Assembly: GCA_964549935.1 (NCBI GenBank)
Contig: CAZJVT010000001.1
Location: forward strand, 283,922 to 347,921
Direction: 5' to 3'
DNA length: 64,000 bases
Source: an uncultured Candidatus Saccharibacteria bacterium
Lineage (GTDB): Bacteria > Patescibacteriota > Minisyncoccia > UBA6257 > 1-14-0-10-44-23
In this document: piece by piece, positions 57,165-64,000 of the stretch
Layout: every line of letters starts with the position of its first letter
Position numbering within the stretch: position 1 is the stretch's first letter
Translations under genes and position numbers: made by a program
The notes under the pieces: generated by a model
The model's input: only the letters and a program-made list of their open reading frames with translations
Told to the model about the DNA's origin: nothing
Databases searched by the model: none

Positions 57165-60100
57165 ATGTTTGGATCATCATCTGACTTTGCAAGTATTCGT
57201 CTGAAGATCGCCTCACCGGAGGATATTTTGACATGGAGCCACGGCGAAGTTATCAAATCAGAAACCATCAACTACCGCACGCAGCGTCCGGAAAAAGACG
57301 GACTCTTTAGCGAGCGCATCTTCGGTCCGACAAAGGACTGGGAGTGTTACTGTGGTAAGTACCGCAGAATTCGATATAAGGGCGTTGTCTGTGACAAGTG
57401 TGGTGTCGAGGTAACTCGCTCCATTGTCCGCCGTGAGCGCATGGGTCACATTCAGCTCGCCGCTCCGGTTGCCCAGATTTGGTACTTCCGCAACACGCCG
57501 AGCAAGCTCGCGCTGCTCTTAGACGTTGCCGTACCGAAGCTTGAAAAAGTTATTTACTACGCCGCCTACATCGTCACCGCCGTTAACGACGAAAACCAAA
57601 AGCGCGCCCTCGAGCAGATCGAGGCCGAGTTTAAGGCTCGCAAGAAGACGGTTGAGAGCGAGGGAATTGACGTCGACGCTTTGAAGTCCGCGATGAGCGA
57701 GGTCAAGAAAGAAATCGACAACCTCCGCGTCGGACAGATTTTGTCGGAGAGCGAGTACCACGACCTGGCCAAGCGCTTTGGTGATGTATTCGAAGCCGGC
57801 ATGGGTGCGGGTGCAATTCAAAAGATTTTGAAGCAGCTCGACCTGAAGAAATTCACCGCTGAACTCAAGAAAGAAATCAAGCGTGATGTCGAGAAGGACG
57901 AGACCTTGAAAGAGGCTCGTGCGATGCGCCGCTTGAAGCTCGTTAGCAGCATGCAGAAGCAGGGTATGCGTCCGGAGTGGATGATCGTTACCGTGCTTCC
58001 GGTGCTTCCGCCGGACCTTCGTCCGATGGTGGCTCTTGATGGTGGCCGTTACGCAACCAGCGACTTAAACGACTTGTACCGCCGCGTCATCAACCGCAAC
58101 AACCGCTTGAAGAAGCTGATGGAGCTCAAGGCTCCGGAGGTCATCATCGTCAACGAAAAGCGTATGTTGCAGGAGGCCGTCGATGCTCTTATCGACAACT
58201 CGGCCCGCGCCGGCAGCCAGCAGCTCTCGGCACAGCGCCGTCCGCTCCGCTCACTCGCCGACATGCTTAAGGGTAAGCAGGGTCGCTTCCGTCAGAACTT
58301 GCTCGGTAAGCGTGTTGACTACTCTGGTCGCTCGGTTATCGTCGTCGGTCCGGAGCTCAAGCTCCACCAGTGTGGTTTGCCGAAGAAGATGGCTCTCGAG
58401 CTCTTCCGCCCGTTTGTGATTGCAAAAATCATCGAGCGCGGTTTGGCCCACAACGTTAAAAACAGCAACCGCTTGATTGAACAGGGTGCGCCGGAGGTCT
58501 GGGCAATTCTCGAAGAGGTGATTAAGGGTCGCAAAGTTCTTTTGAACCGCGCTCCGACACTGCACCGCTTAGGTATTCAGGCTTTTGAACCGATGCTGAT
58601 TGAAGACTTGGCTATCCACCTGCACCCGCTCGTGTGTGCCGCCTTTAACGCTGACTTCGACGGTGACCAGATGGCTGTCCACCTGCCGCTTTCAGTTGAG
58701 GCGCAGAAAGAAGCCAGCGAAATCATGCTTTCATCAAAGAACTTGCTTAAGCCGGCTACCGGTGAGCCTATTGTCAACCCGACGCAGGATATGGTGCTTG
58801 GTGCGTACTTCCTGACCAAGATTAACGAGACTGCGAAGGGCGCGAAGAAGGCCTTCTCGGGTATGGACGAGGCGATGCACGCTTACGACGCAGGATTTTT
58901 GGCTGTCAACGCTCCGATTGTCGTGATGCGCGATGGTGCGAAGGTAGAGACCTCGCTCGGCCGTTTGATTTACAACGAGGCCTTGCCGCCGGAGATTGGT
59001 TTTGTGAACAAGCAGCTCAACAAGAAAGAGATTGCTAAAATTGTCGGTAAAATCATCAAGACCGTCGGTATCGACCGCACACCGCAGTACCTCGACGCGA
59101 TGAAAGACGTCGGTTTCAAGTACGTCACGACCTCGGGTATCACCTGGAGTATCGCTGACTTAAAGACGCCGAAGGAGAAGGCCGGTATTTTGGACAAAGC
59201 TGAAATCCAGGTTGCTGAAATCCGCGAGCAGTACATGAACGGATTCTTGACCGAGAGCGAGCGTAAGGCCCGCATCATCCAGGTCTGGACCGATGTTAAG
59301 AAGGAGATCGCCAAGCTCGTGCCGACCGCACTCGATCAGTACGCTTCAATCTTCAACATCATCGACTCCGGTGCTCGTGGTAGCTGGACACAGATCACCC
59401 AGGTTACCGGCATGAAGGGTCTCGTGCAGAACTCACGTTCTGAAACTATCGAGCTTCCGATCAAGTCGTCATTCCGCGAGGGACTCAACGTGCTTGAATT
59501 CTTTATCGCTACTCACGGTGCTCGTAAGGGTACGACTGACACCGCGCTTAAGACCGCCGCCGCCGGTTACCTGACTCGCCGTCTCGTCGACGTCTCACAA
59601 GACATCGTCGTCCGCGAAGAGGACTGCCGCACGAAGGAGGGTATCACGATTACTCGCGCTGACGGACTTGAGTATGGTCACCAGTTCAACGACCGCCTCT
59701 TTAGTCGCACTGCACTTAACGACATCAAGGTAAACGGCAAAGTGCTCGTCAAAGCCGGAGAGCAGATGGACCACGCCACCGCCGAGGCTATCAACGCTGA
59801 TGAGAAGATCACTGAAGTTGTCATCCGCTCACCGATTACGTGTAAGACGCTCTACGGTGTCTGCCGTATGTGTTACGGTTTCGACCTCGGTAAGAACACG
59901 CTGATTCAAAAGGGTGAGGCCGTCGGAGTTGTCGCCGCCCAGTCAATCGGTGAGCCGGGTACCCAGCTTACGATGCGTACTTTCCACATCGGAGGTGTCG
60001 CCGGTGCTGACATTACCAACGGTCTGCCGCGTGTCGTCGAAATCTTTGAAGTTCGTCCGCCGAAAGGTAAAGCCTTCCTCGCGTTTGATGACGGCGTGGT

Positions 60101-60827
60101 TACCAATATCGAAAACCGCGACCTCTTGAAGGTTGTTACTGTTACCAGTGAGGTCACTGCCACGACGTCAAAGGCGACCCGTACCAAGAAGGCCGGCAAC
60201 ATTCAGGAGTACTTGATTCCGCGTAGCTCGACCTTAATCAGCGCCGACAAAAAGGACACGCTGAAGATTGGTGATGAGGTTAAGAAGGGTCAGCAGCTCT
60301 GTGAAGGTAACGTTGACCTGCGCGAGGTGCTCGAGCTCAAGGGCCGTCACGAAGTTGAGCGTGAAATCGTCCGTGGTGTACAGAAGATTTATATGTCTGA
60401 AGGTGCCCCGATTTCTAACAAGCACCTTGAGATCATCGTCCGCCAGATGTTTAGCCGCGTGAAGATTAAGGACGCCGGCGACAGCGACTTTATCGAGAGC
60501 GAGGTGATTGAGAAGAGCCGCTTCATGGAGGTTAACCGCGCTTTGAAGAAAGCCGGCAAGACTCCGGCCAAGGCCAAGCAGCTGCTCATGGGTATCACCA
60601 AAGTTGCGCTTTCGACTGAATCCTTCCTCTCGTCTGCATCCTTCCAGGAAACTGCCCGCGTACTCATCAATGCCGCTATGGAGGGCAAGGTGGACACGCT
60701 GCGTGGTCTTAAGGAAAACGTCATCATCGGCCGCGCGATTCCGGTTGGTGAGAATTGGGACAAAGGAGCGTTTAGTGATGCTGAAGAGCACACTGAACTC
60801 GAGGAGAAAGTTGAGGTGGCGAAGTAG
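57165..60827 (+). CDS. rpoC: DNA-directed RNA polymerase subunit beta'
   Basis: 1220 aa with the Zn-binding CGKYRRIRYKGVVCDKCGVEV, the catalytic NADFDGD, and the trigger loop/bridge helix. Confidence 0.97.
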   Translation: MFGSSSDFASIRLKIASPEDILTWSHGEVIKSETINYRTQRPEKDGLFSERIFGPTKDWECYCGKYRRIRYKGVVCDKCGVEVTRSIVRRERMGHIQLAAPVAQIWYFRNTPSKLALLLDVAVPKLEKVIYYAAYIVTAVNDENQKRALEQIEAEFKARKKTVESEGIDVDALKSAMSEVKKEIDNLRVGQILSESEYHDLAKRFGDVFEAGMGAGAIQKILKQLDLKKFTAELKKEIKRDVEKDETLKEARAMRRLKLVSSMQKQGMRPEWMIVTVLPVLPPDLRPMVALDGGRYATSDLNDLYRRVINRNNRLKKLMELKAPEVIIVNEKRMLQEAVDALIDNSARAGSQQLSAQRRPLRSLADMLKGKQGRFRQNLLGKRVDYSGRSVIVVGPELKLHQCGLPKKMALELFRPFVIAKIIERGLAHNVKNSNRLIEQGAPEVWAILEEVIKGRKVLLNRAPTLHRLGIQAFEPMLIEDLAIHLHPLVCAAFNADFDGDQMAVHLPLSVEAQKEASEIMLSSKNLLKPATGEPIVNPTQDMVLGAYFLTKINETAKGAKKAFSGMDEAMHAYDAGFLAVNAPIVVMRDGAKVETSLGRLIYNEALPPEIGFVNKQLNKKEIAKIVGKIIKTVGIDRTPQYLDAMKDVGFKYVTTSGITWSIADLKTPKEKAGILDKAEIQVAEIREQYMNGFLTESERKARIIQVWTDVKKEIAKLVPTALDQYASIFNIIDSGARGSWTQITQVTGMKGLVQNSRSETIELPIKSSFREGLNVLEFFIATHGARKGTTDTALKTAAAGYLTRRLVDVSQDIVVREEDCRTKEGITITRADGLEYGHQFNDRLFSRTALNDIKVNGKVLVKAGEQMDHATAEAINADEKITEVVIRSPITCKTLYGVCRMCYGFDLGKNTLIQKGEAVGVVAAQSIGEPGTQLTMRTFHIGGVAGADITNGLPRVVEIFEVRPPKGKAFLAFDDGVVTNIENRDLLKVVTVTSEVTATTSKATRTKKAGNIQEYLIPRSSTLISADKKDTLKIGDEVKKGQQLCEGNVDLREVLELKGRHEVEREIVRGVQKIYMSEGAPISNKHLEIIVRQMFSRVKIKDAGDSDFIESEVIEKSRFMEVNRALKKAGKTPAKAKQLLMGITKVALSTESFLSSASFQETARVLINAAMEGKVDTLRGLKENVIIGRAIPVGENWDKGAFSDAEEHTELEEKVEVAK

Positions 60828-60889
60828 TTGGCTGGTCAATCGGTTAATCAGTTAATCGGTTAATCAGGAGAAAAGAAAGACAGGAAAAA

Positions 60890-60925
60890 CAAAAAGTCGG
60901 CCAAGGTGGTCGACTTTTTGTTTTG
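60890..60925 (+). terminator. intrinsic terminator after rpoC
   Basis: AGTCGGCC-AAGGT-GGTCGACT followed by TTTTTGTTTT. Two further plus-oriented hairpin/T-run structures follow, at about 60947-61012 and 61053-61080. Confidence 0.6.
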
Positions 60926-61194
60926 ATGAGGTTTATAAAGCGCGCAGCGCGGCAGCCCGCGAGCACCCTGGACTCACAGTGCTCGCAAACTACCGCCCTG
61001 CGCGCTTTTTTTGAAAGCTCTTCAGCTGGGGATTAGGAGAGCCTTAAGGTAGCTGCGATTACGCAGCTTTTTGTCTTATAAAAATCGAGAAGGCCAGGAC
61101 CGGGGTCCTGACCTTCATCGCTTCCATGCCGCCATCCCGAGGGATGCACGGCCTGCCGGAGACTGCCGGCACGTATGAATTACGTTGACTCTAC

Positions 61195-61374
61195 CTACTT
61201 GAGTCCAGGGGCGCCCGGCGAGGCGCTAGACGGAATCTTCGATTCCGTGAGGCTCTGCCCGCAGTAGCACTGGCACAGCTCATCGCAGTGTCCTGTACCA
61301 CAGGAGCAACCGTTGCCGCTCGTGCAGTACTGCGGATTGCCCATGAAGCGTGTCACGCAATTGCATCCTTCCAT
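61195..61374 (-). CDS. metallothionein-like Cys-rich peptide (59 aa, 11 Cys)
   Basis: Not in the ORF track. AGGAGAGGG SD lies 4-5 nt before the ATG. Translation: MEGCNCVTRFMGNPQYCTSGNGCSCGTGHCDELCQCYCGQSLTESKIPSSASPGAPGLK, with CxC/CxxC clusters. A hairpin plus T-run terminator lies downstream on the minus strand at about 61085-61115. Confidence 0.45.
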   Translation of the reverse strand: MEGCNCVTRFMGNPQYCTSGNGCSCGTGHCDELCQCYCGQSLTESKIPSSASPGAPGLK

Positions 61375-61436
61375 GTCCCTCTCCTTGCTTTTCGACTACA
61401 TGTCGGAACCTGTTTGTCGCGACCAGTAGAGTCTCC

Positions 61437-61657
61437 TAGACGGAGACCACCACTCCGGCCAGCTCGCTCGCCTTGGTGACGGCGTCCTTGAAGTCGCCGT
61501 TCACGATCTTCATGACCCGCGCACCACAGACCTCGCAGCCCGCCATGACGTGGGCCTTGAGCACTTTGTCTTCACCGCCGGTTCCCCAGAGGTGGCCGAG
61601 CCGGTCGATCGCCGATTCGGTCTTGTGTTCGAGACAGCCGTTTACCGGCTTGCTCAT
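61437..61657 (-). CDS. small Cys-containing hypothetical protein (73 aa; CxxC)
   Basis: GAGGAG SD 7 nt before the ATG at 61657. MSKPVNGCLEHK...HVMAGCEVCGARVMKIVNG. The 167-aa track ORF 61436..61939 is an upstream extension of this frame that overlaps the next gene. Confidence 0.45.
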
Positions 61658-61677
61658 CGGTGTTGCTCCTCTGCGCC

Positions 61678-61959
61678 TTAGGCGCCCATGAGCCAGGGGA
61701 TCAGTACACGAACGATAGTGATTGTCGCCATGATGGGCGGGAACACAGTCCCAATCCCGGCGAAGATCTTCGGCCAGAACTCCTTCCGTGCTAGAAATGC
61801 CTTGCTCCAACAACAGAAGACGAAGGCGTTGACGCACAGTTGCATCCAGCCAGCGAGCACGCTCGACCCCGCGAAGAGGCGAGCAAAGTTCGCTAGCAGG
61901 AAGAATGTGAACCCGATGATGCCCGAAATGAGCATCCACGTCGAGTGCTTATCCCGCAT
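61678..61959 (-). CDS. small membrane protein (3 TM), first gene of the GC-rich island operon
   Basis: Hydrophobic 93-aa ORF, 35 nt downstream of a consensus minus-strand promoter. Confidence 0.45.
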   Translation of the reverse strand: MRDKHSTWMLISGIIGFTFFLLANFARLFAGSSVLAGWMQLCVNAFVFCCWSKAFLARKEFWPKIFAGIGTVFPPIMATITIVRVLIPWLMGA

Positions 61960-61972
61960 GGAAGCTCGCTTT

Positions 61973-62024
61973 CTCTACCTTTGCAGTAGAGGTTTATTAT
62001 ACACCCAAATGGTCATTTTGTCAA
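61973..62024 (-). promoter_or_regulatory. consensus promoter TTGACA-17-TATAAT (minus strand) with an overlapping palindromic operator CTCTAC-N7-GTAGAG
   Basis: On the minus strand, TTGACA corresponds to 62019-62024 and TATAAT to 61996-62001. The inverted repeat at 61973-61991 spans the predicted transcription start. Confidence 0.55.
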
Positions 62025-62053
62025 GATATAAAAAGGCTTGTAAATAGGGGGTT

Positions 62054-62083
62054 CCGGGCCCCGCCCGGCAAGGCGGGGCCCGG
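62054..62083. other. GC-only hairpin CCGGGCCCCGCC-CGGCAA-GGCGGGGCCCGG (12-bp perfect stem) at the island/rpsF boundary
   Basis: A perfect inverted repeat between the divergent island promoter and the rpsF promoter (TTGACC-17-TGATATTCT at about 62107-62140). Confidence 0.5.
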
Positions 62084-62170
62084 CCTGGCATATTGCGCCC
62101 GGACCATTGACCCAAAGGGGAATTTCTGATATTCTCTTGCTACGTCGAATTTAACAATAATTATCGTTTC

Positions 62171-62608
62171 ATGAGTGAAAAAACCATGGTTTACGAGCTC
62201 GCCTATGTACTCAGAGTGGGCGAGTCTGACGCGCCTCTTAAGGCGATCCTCTCCAAAGTTGGAGCTACGATCGTCAAAGAGCAGGCTGCCAGTCAGATCC
62301 AGCTCGCTTACCCGATAAAAAAGCAGGGAGTAGCCTTATTTGGTTACTGCCACTTGACGCTTCCAACAGGAGCAGCGGTCAAGGAAATTTCTGATGCATT
62401 AGAATTAGAGAGCAGCGTTTTGCGCTTCATCATCGTCAAGATGCCGAACACGCAGAAGGCTCGCAAGGCCGCGGAGCGCAAGCTTCGTGTTGAGGCTCCG
62501 GTTACGGAGACGAAAGCAAAGTCAGCGTCGGCATTGCCGTCTACTGACCGCCTTGACGGACTCTCTAATGAAAAGTTGAGCAAGACGCTTGAGGACATCC
62601 TCAAATAA
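62171..62608 (+). CDS. rpsF: 30S ribosomal protein S6 (with C-terminal extension)
   Basis: YELAYVLRVGESDA...VKEQAASQIQLAYPIKK...LRFIIVK. The rpsF-ssb-rpsR gene order supports the call. Confidence 0.9.
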   Translation: MSEKTMVYELAYVLRVGESDAPLKAILSKVGATIVKEQAASQIQLAYPIKKQGVALFGYCHLTLPTGAAVKEISDALELESSVLRFIIVKMPNTQKARKAAERKLRVEAPVTETKAKSASALPSTDRLDGLSNEKLSKTLEDILK

Positions 62609-62611
62609 TCT

Positions 62612-63085
62612 ATGAATCTCAATAAAGTCTTCATCATCGGCAGACTTACCGCAGATCCGCAACTGCGCAGTACCAAGAGTGGACAGTCAGTAGCAGTGTT
62701 TTCGATGGCGACCAATCGTAATTGGACCGACCAGCAAAACCAGAAGCGCGAAGAAGTGGAGTTCCACAACATCGTCGTCTGGGGCAAGCAGGCGGAAATC
62801 GTCAGCAAGTTCTTGGTCAAAGGCCAGATTGCTTACATCGAGGGCCGCTTACAGACTCGCAGCTACGAAGACAAGACCGGTGCAAAGAAATACACTACCG
62901 AAATCGTTGCCGAGCGCGTCCAGTTTGGACCGAAGGCCGCCGGAGCTGGAGCGCCTAACGCTTCACGCTTCACGCAAAACGCGGATGCAAAATCCGGTGC
63001 GGGCGCACCGCAGACCCCGGCGATTGAAGAAATTCCAACGATCAACATTGATGAGGAAATTAAGGCAGAGGATTTACCGTTCTAA
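62612..63085 (+). CDS. ssb: single-stranded DNA-binding protein
   Basis: OB fold: NKVFIIGRLTADPQLRSTKSGQSVAVFSMATNR...EFHNIVVWGKQAE; acidic C-terminal tail ...IDEEIKAEDLPF. Confidence 0.9.
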   Translation: MNLNKVFIIGRLTADPQLRSTKSGQSVAVFSMATNRNWTDQQNQKREEVEFHNIVVWGKQAEIVSKFLVKGQIAYIEGRLQTRSYEDKTGAKKYTTEIVAERVQFGPKAAGAGAPNASRFTQNADAKSGAGAPQTPAIEEIPTINIDEEIKAEDLPF

Positions 63086-63182
63086 GTAAATCCAGTAGCT
63101 AGGAGTCAGTAGCCAGGAGACAGTAAGGCCGACTCACTAGCTCCTCCTAACTACTGACTACTATCTACTAACTACTATCCCT

Positions 63183-63395
63183 ATGGCATACACACCACGA
63201 CAATGCTACTTCTGCTCGCAGAACATCGAGCACCCGGACTTTAAGGATTTGGATCTTATGAAAAAGTTCATCTCCGGACAGGCGAAGATTGTTGACCCGA
63301 AGTATACGTCAACCTGCGCCCGCCACCAGCGCCGCCTCGCTATTGCGATCAAGCGCGCTCGTTTCCTGGGCTTGCTCCCGTTCGTCCGTCGCTAA
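63183..63395 (+). CDS. rpsR: 30S ribosomal protein S18
   Basis: [27 protein letters not shown]....[26 protein letters not shown]. Confidence 0.9.
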   Translation: [70 protein letters not shown]

Positions 63396-63406
63396 AGTAC
63401 TTATTC

Positions 63407-63432
63407 AAAAGCCGCCCACTGGGCGGCTTTTG
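63407..63432 (+). terminator. intrinsic terminator after rpsR
   Basis: AAAAGCCGCCC-ACT-GGGCGGCTTTTGATTT. Confidence 0.7.
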
Positions 63433-63469
63433 ATTTGCATTATATTTTTTATTAATCTAGGCTGGAATT

Positions 63470-64000
63470 ATGAACAAAATCCCGCGGACAACGTTGTTTA
63501 TGATTCAGTCGGTAGACGGTAAAATTTCGAGCGGCGATACCGACGCTGTTGACGTCGACCGTGATTGGAAGCGCATCGTTGGGGTCAAAGAAGGTTTGCC
63601 GCAGTATTACGCCTTAGAAAAGCGGACAGACCATGTCTCTTTTAATACCGGCCGGGTGATGGCGAAAATCGGTATCAATACGCGGACTACGATTCCGCCG
63701 AAGTTGCCGCGGCTCTTTTTTGTACTCGTGGACAATAAGCCGCATTTGAATCAGCAAGGTTTACGATATTTATCCGGTTGGCTCGGGCATGTTTTTATCG
63801 TTACGACTAATAAAAAGCATCCGGCTTTTGCATTGCAAAAAGAAGTTGCAAATATCACGGTCCTGCTGTATCCGAAGCAGATTAATTTCCGCCACTTGTT
63901 TGAGACGCTGTATAGCACTTATAAGTTTAAACGGGTGACTATCCAGTCCGGAGGCACTATGAATACGAAGCTCGTGCGCGAGGGAATTATTGATCGCATT
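63470..64000 (+). CDS. dihydrofolate reductase family protein (RibD C-terminal domain-like), 3' end beyond the window
   Basis: MNKIPRTTLFMIQSVDGKISSGDTD...FFVLVDNKPHLNQQGLRYL...TIQSGGTMNTKLVREGIIDRI. The frame is open to the window end. It is a paralog of 39671..40273. Confidence 0.6.
   Translation, partial: MNKIPRTTLFMIQSVDGKISSGDTDAVDVDRDWKRIVGVKEGLPQYYALEKRTDHVSFNTGRVMAKIGINTRTTIPPKLPRLFFVLVDNKPHLNQQGLRYLSGWLGHVFIVTTNKKHPAFALQKEVANITVLLYPKQINFRHLFETLYSTYKFKRVTIQSGGTMNTKLVREGIIDRI

Noticed and set aside
61436-61939. 167-aa minus-strand ORF in the GC island
   Set aside because: It overlaps the 93-aa membrane-protein gene in another frame. The internal ATG with a GAGGAG SD, giving a 73-aa product, fits the operon structure.
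61688-62047. 119-aa plus-strand ORF antisense to the island operon
   Set aside because: It spans the divergent promoter/operator and has no RBS. It is antisense to better-supported genes.

Overview
This 64-kb window appears to come from a compact, small-genome bacterium with roughly 52-55% GC overall. Core housekeeping genes are present, all on the + strand except where noted: rpoB and rpoC, rpsF-ssb-rpsR, a short dnaX (- strand), scpA-scpB, engB (- strand), an rsuA-like pseudouridine synthase, cold-shock cspA and a tRNA-Gln(UUG). A cell-wall gene block runs D-Ala-D-Ala carboxypeptidase, mraY, DUF1653, a SEDS rodA/ftsW-like gene, a Cys-rich ORF and mltG. Accessory modules include: (1) a 2202-aa alpha-2-macroglobulin with a CSEQ thioester motif next to a peptidase-E-like gene and a convergent PBP1C; (2) an ECF sigma/anti-sigma pair followed by an HlyD-MacB-FtsX type exporter; (3) two paralogous anchored surface proteins bracketing a GC-rich insert that carries small orphan genes; (4) a ~1.2-kb high-GC island between rpoC and rpsF encoding a metallothionein-like Cys-rich peptide operon, driven by a consensus promoter with an operator palindrome. 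Several recurring non-coding signals were found: a GTAAC-type dispersed motif, including 19-bp direct repeats that exactly bracket the Cys-rich ORF; a TATTCG-N2-CGAATA palindrome family upstream of three genes; near-identical consensus promoters; recoded duplicates of the 3' ends of two genes (ftsX-like and dnaX); a ~100-nt repeat present in-frame inside PBP1C and in a nearby intergenic region; a ~0.5-kb ORF-free transcript candidate with its own promoter and terminator; and small unannotated genes, one of them an AbrB/MazE-like protein beside tandem palindromic operators. No rRNA, CRISPR array, integrase or transposase was seen. All functional calls are from motif-level reading of the translations and sequence; no database search was run.
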